Positions 40,272-48,961 of a stretch of DNA of 64,000 bases are shown here, in pieces. Both the position numbers and the translations under genes were made by a program. This DNA is from an uncultured Clostridia bacterium (GTDB lineage Bacteria; Bacillota; Clostridia; Oscillospirales; JAAYOS01), in NCBI GenBank assembly GCA_947630675.1, contig CANRIN010000002.1, positions 1,531-65,530 of the forward strand, written 5' to 3'. The notes beneath the pieces were generated by a model. That model searched no databases and was not told where the DNA came from. It saw nothing but the letters and a program-made list of their open reading frames with translations. The first letter of the stretch is position 1, and each line of letters starts with the position of its first letter.

Positions 40272-41171
40272 ATGCGGGAAAAATATCTGCCGGAGGGCTA
40301 TCGCGTGGGCTCGGAGGAGAACCGCGAGTTCATAGGCTCGGAGGAGGGCCTTCGCCGGGCGGCGGCGCTCGGAAGGATACTCGAGGCGCGCGCCGTCCGC
40401 TGTGACGCGGAGCGGAACCTGTACGTCGACCTCGGCGGCCGCGTCGGAGTGATACCGCGCGCCGAGGCTGCCATGGGGCCCGGCGTGCGCGACATAGCGA
40501 TAATCTCGCTTGTGGGGCGTTACGTCTGTTTCAGGCCGGAGGAGCGCGGAGGAGAAGTGATCCTCAGCCGCCGCGCGGCTCAGGAGGAGGCGTCCGACGC
40601 GCTGATGGCGCTGTCGCCGGGGGACGTGCTGCCGTTCCGGGTGACGCATCTCGAGCCGTTCGGGGCATTCGTGGACATCGGGTGCGGCACGGCGAGCCTT
40701 ATCGGTATAGAGAACATCTCGATAAGCCGCATCTCGCACCCGGCCGACCGTTTCAGGGTGGGTCAGGACGGCTATGCCGCCGTGCTCGGAATAGACCGCG
40801 AGCGGCGGCGGGTGAACCTCACCCACCGCGAGCTGCTCGGGACGTGGGAGCAGAACGCCGCACGCTTCGGCACGGGTGAGACGGTCGCGGGCGTGGTGCG
40901 CGGAGTGGAGGAATACGGGACGTTTATCGAGCTCGCCCCGAACCTCTCCGGCCTCACCGAGCGGCGGGAGGGCCTTTCCGAGGGCGACGGCGTCTCGGTA
41001 TACATAAAGTCGATAAACCCGGAGCGGATGAAGGTGAAGCTACTCGTCATAGAGCGCTTCGAGGCGGCACCCTCGCCGATGGAGTATTTCATCACCGACG
41101 GACATATCGACTACTGGCGGTACAGCCCGCCCGGCTGTACGAAAAAGACGGTGGAGAGATACTTCATCTGA
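40272..41171 (+). CDS. S1 RNA-binding domain protein (multiple S1 repeats)
   Basis: 299 aa. Repeated G..V.G.V...E.FGAFV(I)D(E)L S1 signatures: PGDVLPFRVTHLEPFGAFVDIG and GETVAGVVRGVEEYGTFIEL. Confidence 0.8.
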   Translation: MREKYLPEGYRVGSEENREFIGSEEGLRRAAALGRILEARAVRCDAERNLYVDLGGRVGVIPRAEAAMGPGVRDIAIISLVGRYVCFRPEERGGEVILSRRAAQEEASDALMALSPGDVLPFRVTHLEPFGAFVDIGCGTASLIGIENISISRISHPADRFRVGQDGYAAVLGIDRERRRVNLTHRELLGTWEQNAARFGTGETVAGVVRGVEEYGTFIELAPNLSGLTERREGLSEGDGVSVYIKSINPERMKVKLLVIERFEAAPSPMEYFITDGHIDYWRYSPPGCTKKTVERYFI

Positions 41172-41194
41172 AAGTCTTTGCCGCAGTCCTTATA

Positions 41195-41378
41195 AGCCTC
41201 GCGGAGTTTCGCGCCGATAGGCGCGAAATAGATTAAAATCATTTTCGGCGGCGGCGTGTACGTCGCCGAAAATACCCTGCGCGTAGCGCGCGTCGAAGGC
41301 GGCGAAGCCGTCGAGGCGCGAAGCGGAGCGTTCTCGCGGCAAATTGGTAAGCGAGCGAAGCGAGCGCGATTTGCCGCG
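41195..41378 (-). repeat. long mosaic repeat, copy downstream of obg
   Basis: Same module order as 31037..31264. The segment TGGTAAGCGAGCGAAGCGAGCGCGAT is identical in both copies. Confidence 0.85.
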
Positions 41379-41403
41379 ACTTTTCTAAACGGGCCTTGCC
41401 CGT

Positions 41404-42678
41404 TTAGAAAAGATACTCAAATTCCAAATCGCCGATGCAGACGGTGTCGCCCTCCTGTATCCCCATGGCCTCGAGGCGCGCAAACATCCCGCTCGTGCGG
41501 AGCATACGTTCAAACCACATGCGGCTCTCGTAGTCGTCGAAGTTGACGCTGCCGCCGATGCGGTCTATCCAGTCGCCCTCGAGGATGTAAACGCCGTCCT
41601 CGTGGCGGACGGTGACGTCCTCCGGCCGTCCGGGCTCAAGGTCGGGCTCGACGTACTCGGGCTCGTAGTACTCCACGGGAGGCAGGTCGGCAAGGCGGCG
41701 CGCTATCGCGTATATGAGCGCCTGCACACCCATGCCGGTGGCGGCGGATATCTCGCAGACCTCGAGGCCGTGCTCCGCCGCATAGGCGCGGAATTTCGCC
41801 GCCGCCTCGTTTGTCTCGTCCGCGAGGTCGCACTTGTTCGCCGCGACTATCTGCGGGCGGGAGGCAAGAGCTTCGCTCCAACCGGCGAGCTCCGAGTTTA
41901 TCGTCTCGAAGTCCTCTACGGGGTCGCGCAATTCGCTGCCGGATATGTCGACGAGGTGGACGAGCAGCCGGCAGCGGTCGATGTGGCGGAGAAAGTCGTG
42001 GCCGAGTCCCGCGCCCTCCGCCGCACCCTCGATTATGCCGGGGATGTCGGCGAGCACAAAGCTCGTCGTCTCGTCCACGCGCACGACGCCGAGATTGGGT
42101 TGGAGGGTGGTGAAGTGGTAGTTGGCTATCTTCGGGCGCGCGGCGGAGACGACGGAGAGCAGGGTGCTCTTGCCGACGTTCGGGAAGCCGACGAGGCCGA
42201 CGTCCGCTATGAGCTTCAGCTCGAGGAGAATTTCGCGCGCCTCGCCTTTGAGGCCGTTCTTTGCAAACCGCGGTGTCTGGCGCGTCGGAGTGGCGAAGTG
42301 GCGGTTGCCCCAGCCGCCGCGGCCTCCGCGCGCCGCGACGTAGTCAGCGCCGTCCGACATGTCGTGCATGACGGCGCCGCTCTCCGCGTCCCGGACGACG
42401 GTGCCGCGCGGCACGCGTATGACGAGATCTTCGCCGTGCCGCCCGCTGCACCGCTTGCCCTGTCCGTTCTCGCCGTTCGGGGCGGCGTATTTGCGCTGAT
42501 AGCGGAAGTCCATGAGAGTCGCCATGTGGTCGTCGACGCGGAGGACGACGTTTCCTCCGTCACCCCCGTCGCCGCCGTCCGGCCCGCCGGCCGCGACGTA
42601 CTTTTCGCGGTGGAAGCTCACCGCACCGTTGCCGCCGTCTCCACCGCGTATCGAAATTTTCGCCGTGTCAATAAACAT
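41404..42678 (-). CDS. obg: GTPase Obg/CgtA
   Basis: 424 aa. N-terminus MFIDTAKISIRGGDGGNG with the glycine-rich Obg fold. G-motifs GFPNVGKST and DIPG. C-terminal TGS-like OCT domain. Confidence 0.96.
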   Translation of the reverse strand: MFIDTAKISIRGGDGGNGAVSFHREKYVAAGGPDGGDGGDGGNVVLRVDDHMATLMDFRYQRKYAAPNGENGQGKRCSGRHGEDLVIRVPRGTVVRDAESGAVMHDMSDGADYVAARGGRGGWGNRHFATPTRQTPRFAKNGLKGEAREILLELKLIADVGLVGFPNVGKSTLLSVVSAARPKIANYHFTTLQPNLGVVRVDETTSFVLADIPGIIEGAAEGAGLGHDFLRHIDRCRLLVHLVDISGSELRDPVEDFETINSELAGWSEALASRPQIVAANKCDLADETNEAAAKFRAYAAEHGLEVCEISAATGMGVQALIYAIARRLADLPPVEYYEPEYVEPDLEPGRPEDVTVRHEDGVYILEGDWIDRIGGSVNFDDYESRMWFERMLRTSGMFARLEAMGIQEGDTVCIGDLEFEYLF

Positions 42679-42732
42679 TGTATACCTCCGAGCGGATTTA
42701 TAGTCTGCCGTCAGCTATAATGCCCGCTTTAC

Positions 42733-42762
42733 GGAAAAACAGGCGGCAGAATTGCCGCCTGT
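42733..42762 (-). terminator. intrinsic terminator or attenuator between rpmA and obg
   Basis: Minus strand reads ACAGGCGGCA-ATTC-TGCCGCCTGT followed by TTTTTCC. Confidence 0.65.
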
Positions 42763-42892
42763 TAAGCCTCTCGAAATTATCCGCCGCGTTCCGCTTTGAG
42801 ATACGCCGGTTTTTCCTGCGGCTCATACTGCGGAAAAACCGGCTGCGCGGAGCGGCGGCTTTGCGTAAAAGTCCGCAGAGGACTTTTTCCGT

Positions 42893-43180
42893 TTACTGAG
42901 CCTCTACCTCGTAGACCGAGACCTGCTTGCGGTCGCGGCCGAGACGCTCGAAACGCACCTTGCCGTCAACAAGCGCGAAGAGGGTATCGTCGCCGCCCTT
43001 GCCGACGTTCGTGCCGGGATGGATCTTGGTGCCGCGCTGACGCACGAGGATGTTGCCCGCGAGGACAAACTGACCGTCCGCACGCTTCGCCCCGAGACGC
43101 TTCGACTCGCTGTCGCGGCCGTTGCGGGTGGAACCGACGCCCTTCTTGTGAGCGAAGAACTGAAGCCCTATTCTAAGCAT
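42893..43180 (-). CDS. rpmA: 50S ribosomal protein L27 (with a cleavable N-terminal extension)
   Basis: 95 aa. [24 protein letters not shown] is the Firmicute pro-L27 form. Confidence 0.97.
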   Translation of the reverse strand: MLRIGLQFFAHKKGVGSTRNGRDSESKRLGAKRADGQFVLAGNILVRQRGTKIHPGTNVGKGGDDTLFALVDGKVRFERLGRDRKQVSVYEVEAQ

Positions 43181-43484
43181 TTTGCTCTACCTCCGTTACA
43201 GATATATTTTCGGGATATTCCTCGCAGAGCTCGCGCGCGAACGCTTCAAAGCCCGCGAAGATGTGCCCCGCCGCCTCCGCCTCAAGAGAGAGGAAGGTGC
43301 GGCGGTCGTCTGTCATGACCTTCACGCCGATGCCACGAGCCTCGAGCTGCGCGCACATCAGGCGAAACGACGCCGTAACCGCCGCGCAGACGATGTCCTC
43401 GCCCGCGTCGGCATAGCCGCTGTGACCCTCCGCCTCTACGCGGACGATACGTCCGGCGCGGCGGGTGAGAGTGATGCGGGTCAC
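43173..43484 (-). CDS. prp: ribosomal-processing cysteine protease Prp
   Basis: 103 aa with GTG start. [18 protein letters not shown] motif. Located between rplU and rpmA. Confidence 0.9.
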   Translation of the reverse strand: MTRITLTRRAGRIVRVEAEGHSGYADAGEDIVCAAVTASFRLMCAQLEARGIGVKVMTDDRRTFLSLEAEAAGHIFAGFEAFARELCEEYPENISVTEVEQNA

Positions 43485-43796
43485 TTATGCGGTGATGGTC
43501 TCTATCTGGAGACGGGTGTACGGCTGACGATGACCGTGACGGCGGCGATAGTTCTTCTTCGCCTTCATCTTGTAGACGACAATCTTCTTCGATTTGCCGT
43601 TCTTGATGACCTTTGCCGTGACCTTCGCACCCTCGACCGTGGGCGTGCCGAACTTCGACTCGCCTCCGTCGACTATCGCGAGGACGCTGTCAAAGCTGAC
43701 GGTCTCTCCCTCGGCGGCCTCAAGGCGCTCGACGAATATGACGTCGCCCTCGGTGACCTTGTACTGCTTGCCGCCGGTCTCAAAAATTGCTACCAT
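43485..43796 (-). CDS. rplU: 50S ribosomal protein L21
   Basis: Internal Met gives 103 aa. [18 protein letters not shown] is the canonical L21 N-terminus. Confidence 0.96.
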   Translation of the reverse strand: MVAIFETGGKQYKVTEGDVIFVERLEAAEGETVSFDSVLAIVDGGESKFGTPTVEGAKVTAKVIKNGKSKKIVVYKMKAKKNYRRRHGHRQPYTRLQIETITA

Positions 43797-43875
43797 TTGA
43801 GTAAAAACCTTCTTCCGTTTCATTCTCGCTCTTGCGGGCGGGCATACGCCGCTTACGGACCCGCTCAATGCGGCA
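43797..43875 (-). promoter_or_regulatory. candidate L21-operon leader RNA
   Basis: An ~80-nt GC-rich, self-complementary leader lies between a consensus promoter and rplU. Firmicutes are known to carry an L21 leader here, but I cannot verify the fold. Confidence 0.35.
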
Positions 43876-43881
43876 GATAAT

Positions 43882-43910
43882 ATTATAGCGGCGGAAACCG
43901 CGATTGTCAA
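43882..43910 (-). promoter_or_regulatory. perfect consensus sigma-A promoter of rplU-prp-rpmA
   Basis: Minus strand reads TTGACA (43910..43905), 17-nt spacer, TATAAT (43887..43882). Confidence 0.8.
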
Positions 43911-44215
43911 CCGTTTTGAGGAAAAAAGTTTTATTTTGCGGTGTGTGGCGCGGAGCCTGCGGCGGTGCGCTGAGAAGCCCGCTCTGCCGCCGCCGGAGGG
44001 CAAAATCGCCCTTGAAAGGGGCGCGGACATGTGATACAATATGCGTTAATTGAAATCTTCCGGCGGCAATATGCCGGAGGTGAGCGCGGGAAAGATGATT
44101 CCCGCGGCGCATTGTCCGCGCAGGGCGGCGCGGCATATACATATATGTATTATACACGCACGGGCGCGGAGATGCAAGCCCGTGCGGAAAATGTCCGCCA
44201 AAGGAGGACTTATCT

Positions 44216-45085
44216 GTGGAAAACAGCTATTCGACAGCGAAAAAAGTGTCGATCATGACCATGATAGCAAACGCCGTGCTGGCGGCGGTGAAGCTTGCGG
44301 TGGGATTCCTTGCGCACAGCGTCTCGGTGATAAGCGACGGCGTGCATACCGTCTCGGACGTCGCGACGACCGTGGCGGTGCTGCTCGGGCTGCGGCTCGC
44401 CTCGAACAGCGCGGACGAGGATCACCCCTATGGGCACCAGCGTATAGAGAGCCTTGTGTCGATACTGCTTGCGGTGGCGCTCGGCGGCACGGCGGTGATG
44501 ATAGGCGTGGAGGGCGCGCGGAGCCTGTGGTTCGGCGAACGCTCGGAGGCGTCCGCCGCCGCGCTCTCGGTGACGGTCATCTCGATCATGGCAAAAGAGT
44601 GGATGTTCCGCTACACCCGCCGCGCGGCGAAGAAGGTGAACTCGCTTTCGCTGATGGCGGACGCGTGGCACCACCGCACCGACGCGGTGAGCTCGGTGGC
44701 GGTGCTCGTCGGCGTCGGCGGGAACATGCTCGGCGTGTGGTGGCTCGAGCCGGCGGCGGCGATAGGGGTCGCGGTGCTTATCCTCAAGGCGGCGTTCGAC
44801 ATCCTGCGCGAGGCCATGAGCCAGCTCACCGACCGCAGCGTGCCGGCGGAGGAGCTTGATAAGATACGCTCGGTGGCGCTCGCGACGGAGGGCGTCCGCG
44901 CGGTGGATGAGCTGCGCGCGAGGATAAGCGGAAACGTCGCGTTCGTGGATATCGAGATAGCGGTGGATGCGGACATGCCGCTGCGGGACGCGCACAGGAT
45001 AGCGGAGGCGGTGCACAAGGGCGTCGAGGACGCGGGGCTGAGGGTCGAGCACTGCATGGTGCATGTCAACCCGTATGAAAAATAA
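44216..45085 (+). CDS. cation diffusion facilitator (CDF) family metal efflux transporter
   Basis: GTG start after AAAGGAGG. 289 aa with six TM helices. Motifs HTVSDV, ADAWHHRTD and a C-terminal cytoplasmic domain. Confidence 0.9.
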   Translation: MENSYSTAKKVSIMTMIANAVLAAVKLAVGFLAHSVSVISDGVHTVSDVATTVAVLLGLRLASNSADEDHPYGHQRIESLVSILLAVALGGTAVMIGVEGARSLWFGERSEASAAALSVTVISIMAKEWMFRYTRRAAKKVNSLSLMADAWHHRTDAVSSVAVLVGVGGNMLGVWWLEPAAAIGVAVLILKAAFDILREAMSQLTDRSVPAEELDKIRSVALATEGVRAVDELRARISGNVAFVDIEIAVDADMPLRDAHRIAEAVHKGVEDAGLRVEHCMVHVNPYEK

Positions 45086-45374
45086 GATTTCGCAGCGAAT
45101 CGCGGCGGGCAGACAAAGTCTGCCCGCCTTACCAATTTCCTGCGCTGCCGTCGGATAGGGCATAGCCTTACCGACGGCAGCGCTCCGCTACGCGCCTCGC
45201 CGTCTTCGACGCGCGCTTCGCGCAGTACAAGGTCGGGGCGCCGGCGCGAAGCGCCGAGGTCTGATGCGCCCGGTAGAGAGTCGGATACGGTAGAGGCGCG
45301 AGGGGCGCATTGTACACGCCGCCGAAAATGAATTTGACCATATTCGCCGCTTGCGCGGCGAACTCTGCGAGGCT
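45086..45374 (+). repeat. long mosaic repeat, inverted copy starting at the CDF stop codon
   Basis: Reverse complement aligns with 31037..31264 and 61855... It ends with CTCTGCGAGGCT (45363..45374). The gene-proximal module embeds hairpin GGCGGGCAGAC-AAA-GTCTGCCCGCC. Confidence 0.8.
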
Positions 45375-45401
45375 GTCGCGGCGAAGCCGCGCTCCGCTCC
45401 G

Positions 45402-45514
45402 GTTCGCGCGGTTGAAGTTGGTGGCAAAGCCACCAACTTCGCGCAGGGGCGATTCATTCGCCCCGAGCATTTTAATCGGAAGGGCTCCCGCGCGGTCGCC
45501 GACCGCGCGGGAAT
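45402..45514. repeat. three-hairpin element, copy 2
   Basis: H1 at 45414..45440, H2 at 45446..45464, H3 at 45487..45511. It ends 5 nt from the anti-sigma gene stop. Confidence 0.8.
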
Positions 45515-45518
45515 TGCG

Positions 45519-46517
45519 TCAAGGTTTAGGTGCGACGAACGGCTCGAAGAACATCTCGCGGCCGTCGACTATGGCGCAGTAGTTCTGCCACTCGGCCGAG
45601 CCTGGGGTGCGGCAGAGCGTCACGTCGGTCACCTGCGCCTCGTCGAGGTAACGCCCGATCGCGAGGTCGTACTGACGCGGCAGAGTCGCCGGTTCCTTCA
45701 GGGTGCCGGAGGCGTATATCCGCTCGAGCGTCGCGCCCGGTTCGGTGTGCCACACGACGAGAAAGAAGTATCCGTCGCCGAAGGTCCGGCAGATGTTCAC
45801 TGAACCGTCCGAGCACCGGGCGCTGACGGACGCGAGCTCCGCAAAGCGGTCGTCGAGCGGCGCGGTGCTGCCGAATACGGCGGTGACGTCCTCAGTCTCC
45901 GCGACGGCGACATCGTTCGGAGCCTCCGAAAACCCGGTGTGCTCGCGGAGGACGAAGCCGTCCTCCGTCCACTCGACGACGGCGAGGACAGGGGAATCGT
46001 ACCCCGCGGCCGCTGTTTCGCCTGCAAGCGGCTCGCGGCGGCGCTCGAGCAGGCAGACATACACGCATTCCGCGTCCGACCAGTCCTCCGAGGCAAAGTC
46101 TATGCCGCTGTCGAGAGAAAGCTCCTCGCGGAGCCAGAGCTGAGCCTCATTCCGAAGCTCGGTGAGGCGCGCGTGCTCGATGCCGTCAGAGCGGTCTATG
46201 CGGTCGCGGCGGAACTGCGCGTCGGCGGCGCTCGTGGGCGCGGGGTCGCCGTAGCCGAATACGCGGAGCACCGCGTCCCGGACGGCTTTGGCGGTTTCGG
46301 TCACGCTGTCGCGGACGTCCTCGCTCACGGCCATTGCCGTGCCGACGCCCGCGAGCGAGAGCAGAAGTGCCGCCGCAAGCACCGCCGCCGTCCGGCGGGC
46401 GAAGCGCACGCGGCGGGCGGGACGCGGCTTCGGTTCGCCCGGCGCGGCGGAAAGTATGAGGTCGTCATCTATATTGCTTATTGCGCGGAGCATCGCTTCG
46501 CTGTAATTTTCTTTCAT
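45519..46517 (-). CDS. putative membrane-anchored anti-sigma factor
   Basis: 332 aa. Its start overlaps the sigma gene stop (ATGA). Cytoplasmic N-terminus, then one TM helix (AAVLAAALLLSLAGVGTAMAV). The functional call rests on context only. Confidence 0.55.
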   Translation of the reverse strand: MKENYSEAMLRAISNIDDDLILSAAPGEPKPRPARRVRFARRTAAVLAAALLLSLAGVGTAMAVSEDVRDSVTETAKAVRDAVLRVFGYGDPAPTSAADAQFRRDRIDRSDGIEHARLTELRNEAQLWLREELSLDSGIDFASEDWSDAECVYVCLLERRREPLAGETAAAGYDSPVLAVVEWTEDGFVLREHTGFSEAPNDVAVAETEDVTAVFGSTAPLDDRFAELASVSARCSDGSVNICRTFGDGYFFLVVWHTEPGATLERIYASGTLKEPATLPRQYDLAIGRYLDEAQVTDVTLCRTPGSAEWQNYCAIVDGREMFFEPFVAPKP

Positions 46518-47074
46518 ACGTGAAAGCCCTCCTTCTCAAGGAATTTCTTCAGGTCCTTCCGCATCCTGTACAGGAGGCTCGTGAGTTTGCTTCGGCTTAT
46601 GCCGTACTCCGCCGCGATCTCCTCAAGAGGGGAGAGGTACCAGTAGCGGCGGACGAACACCCTCCGCTTCTCCTCCGGCTCGGCGCGGAGGAAGCGCGAT
46701 ATTGCCTCGGAGAGGAGCGCCGCATCCAGCTCATCCTCGACCGAGCCGCCGGACGGGACGCAGTCGCCGAGCTCGTCGAGGGCGAGTGCCGTCTCGCTGC
46801 CGCCGCGCTTCTGCGCCGAGTACAGCTTGAAGCGGTTGAGGGCGAGGTTGCGCGCCGTTCGCCCGAGGTAGGCGGCGAGACTCCGGGGCTTTGCCGGAGG
46901 TATAGAGCGCCACGCGGCGAGCAGAGCGTCGTTGAGGCACTCGTCCGCATCCTCGTCGCTGAGAAGTATAGAGCGCGCTATGCGGCGGCAGTACGCGCCG
47001 TACTGCCGCTCGGTCGCGGCGACGGCTTCCTCCGAGCGCGCGAAGTACAGCGCGACTATCTCCTCGTCTGTCAT
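46514..47074 (-). CDS. RNA polymerase sigma-70 family factor (group 4 / ECF-like)
   Basis: 186 aa. Region 2 is DADECLNDALLAAW. Region 4 HTH is SPLEEIAAEYGISRSKLTSLLYRMRKDL. AAAGGAGG RBS. Confidence 0.88.
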   Translation of the reverse strand: MTDEEIVALYFARSEEAVAATERQYGAYCRRIARSILLSDEDADECLNDALLAAWRSIPPAKPRSLAAYLGRTARNLALNRFKLYSAQKRGGSETALALDELGDCVPSGGSVEDELDAALLSEAISRFLRAEPEEKRRVFVRRYWYLSPLEEIAAEYGISRSKLTSLLYRMRKDLKKFLEKEGFHV

Positions 47075-47186
47075 GGCGGCCTCCTTTCTCGCTTCCGGCG
47101 CGCCGCCGGGAACGGACTCAAACGGGTGTTGGCGGACTGCGGCGGAGCCTCAATGCGCCGGGTAAAGAGCTCTTTACACATATAGA

Positions 47187-47229
47187 CAACAAAAATTGCC
47201 GCGCGTTGCGCGGAACGTGCGGCAATTTT
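47187..47229 (-). terminator. terminator-like hairpin downstream of the 47348 gene
   Basis: AAAATTGCCGC...GCGGCAATTTT with 11-bp arms. The minus strand continues TGTTGTC. Confidence 0.5.
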
Positions 47230-47289
47230 GAAATGTCCAGGGATTTTTTGAGGGTGGCAGGAGGGACGACGTGCGGTTCGCTTGCCGAC

Positions 47290-47341
47290 AGCCTCGCAGA
47301 GACTGCGCCCCTCAACTCGTTACGCCCCGCGATTTCCCGCG
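47290..47341 (-). repeat. miniature copy of the mosaic repeat (both termini, one internal hairpin)
   Basis: Minus strand reads CGCGGGAAATCGCG...CTCTGCGAGGCT, starting 7 nt after the stop codon of the 47348 gene. Confidence 0.7.
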
Positions 47342-47347
47342 AATGCT

Positions 47348-47908
47348 CTATCTCCCTCCTATTTTGATAAAGAACAGAACTACTCCGGCAAAGACGATAA
47401 TTCCGCCGATGATGCGGCCTATGGCAAGGTAAGCGTCCGACGGCTCGGCGTCCTTTATCTTCCAGCCGCCGGAGAGGTACCAGTAGATTTTGGGATAGGA
47501 TATCAACAGCACCCCGAAACCGGCGACAATGAACGGAAGAGGCGGCAGGATAGGGGGATTTTTGCGCGCATGGAGCGCGTCGCGCACGACGTCGGGGAGC
47601 GTCGTCGCCAGATCCATCTCGTCCACTGTGGTGGTGCCCATGCCGCCGTTTACGCGGGAAGGGCCCCATTCTTGCAGGAAGTAGTGTCCGTTCGGCAGGG
47701 TGACGGTCGCGCTGCCGTCGTCCTCGTCGCCGCTCCATGTGAACTCGTAGACGTTCTCGCCGTCGGTGATTTGCCCCGTCTGAAAGTCGACGGTGTAGCC
47801 GTCCACCTCCGTCGACGTGTCGTAGGTTGTGAAGCACGAGCAGCAGAGAAGCGCGAGCATCAGCGCGAGCGGGAGCGCGCGTAGGATGGATTTCAGGATG
47901 TTTTTCAT
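47348..47908 (-). CDS. hypothetical lipoprotein/membrane protein
   Basis: 186 aa. Lipobox-like LALLCCSC. Two C-terminal TM helices. AAAGGAG RBS. Confidence 0.65.
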   Translation of the reverse strand: MKNILKSILRALPLALMLALLCCSCFTTYDTSTEVDGYTVDFQTGQITDGENVYEFTWSGDEDDGSATVTLPNGHYFLQEWGPSRVNGGMGTTTVDEMDLATTLPDVVRDALHARKNPPILPPLPFIVAGFGVLLISYPKIYWYLSGGWKIKDAEPSDAYLAIGRIIGGIIVFAGVVLFFIKIGGR

Positions 47909-48078
47909 CTTGCAGCTCCTTTCGGTTTCGGCCGGGCCTGACCGTTGTGAGTATGTAGTAACAGAAATTTACTGTACAAGCAACTGCTGTGAACAACAAC
48001 GACGGCGGACAGGAAAAGTCCGTATGAAAATATCTCCGAAAAGTTCGTGTTTTCGGAGATATTTGCGTAAAATCGCGT

Positions 48079-48960
48079 TTATTCGCGGTTGAGACTGCGC
48101 CGCACCGCCTCGCGGTCGGCGAGGACCTGCGCTTGCAGCTCGTCGAGCCCGGAGAACTTCCGCTCGGGGCGGACAAAGCGCAGAAATTCGACCGTCATCT
48201 CCTCGCCGTAGATGTCGCGGTCGAAGTCGAAGATGTTCGTCTCGACGCCGACGGCGTAGTTCCCGACGGTCGGCTTCTCACCGACGTTCGCTATGCCGCC
48301 GAAGGTCTCGCTTCCGAGCCGGACGCGGACGGCGTAGACGCCGTAGCGCGGTGCGAGGACACCGTCCGGCACGCGGAGGTTTGCCGTCGGGAAGCCGAGC
48401 GTCCTGCCGAGCGCGTTGCCGCGCAGGACTTCACCGGAGAGAATGTGCGGGTGGCCGAGAAGCTCACGCGCTTCTTCCGCGTCCCCGCTTTCCAGGAGCG
48501 CGCGGATGCGGGTGGAGCTCACCGCCGAGCCGCCTGCGTCCACCGCGGGCTGCATATCGTAGCCGAGACCGAGGCGCGCGCACTCGCGGCAAAGCAGCTC
48601 ACAGTCGCCGCGTCCCTGCGCGCCGAAGCGGTAGTTCCAGCCGCAGCAGAGCGCGCCGGCGTCGTACTTTGAAGCCAAAAGCGAGACGAAATCCTCCGGC
48701 TCGGTCGAGCGGAGACGCTCGTCGAAGCCGAGAACGAAGATGTGCTCTACACCGAGCGAGCGCAGGAGCGCCGCTCGGTCGGGAAGCGAGTTTATCAGTT
48801 TCACGCCGCTCCTTCCGAGCGCGGATGCGGGGGAGCGGTCAAAGGTGCAGACGGCGGGCTCGAGGCCGAGACGCCCCGCAAGCTCCGCCGTCCGGCGTAT
48901 CAGCGCCGTGTGGCCGATATGTACGCCGTCAAAGAAACCGAGCGCGACAGCATATCGCAT
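48079..48960 (-). CDS. ribF: bifunctional riboflavin kinase / FMN adenylyltransferase
   Basis: 293 aa. GFFDGVHIGH (nucleotidyltransferase motif) and GFPTANL (kinase motif). Confidence 0.93.
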   Translation of the reverse strand: MRYAVALGFFDGVHIGHTALIRRTAELAGRLGLEPAVCTFDRSPASALGRSGVKLINSLPDRAALLRSLGVEHIFVLGFDERLRSTEPEDFVSLLASKYDAGALCCGWNYRFGAQGRGDCELLCRECARLGLGYDMQPAVDAGGSAVSSTRIRALLESGDAEEARELLGHPHILSGEVLRGNALGRTLGFPTANLRVPDGVLAPRYGVYAVRVRLGSETFGGIANVGEKPTVGNYAVGVETNIFDFDRDIYGEEMTVEFLRFVRPERKFSGLDELQAQVLADREAVRRSLNRE

Positions 48961-48961
48961 T

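Noticed and set aside
44040-44215. NiCo (czcD-type) riboswitch upstream of the CDF transporter
   Set aside because: The context is right, but the likely transcribed leader is only about 55 nt and I cannot reproduce the four-way-junction consensus from the sequence. Left as a check to run, not a call.
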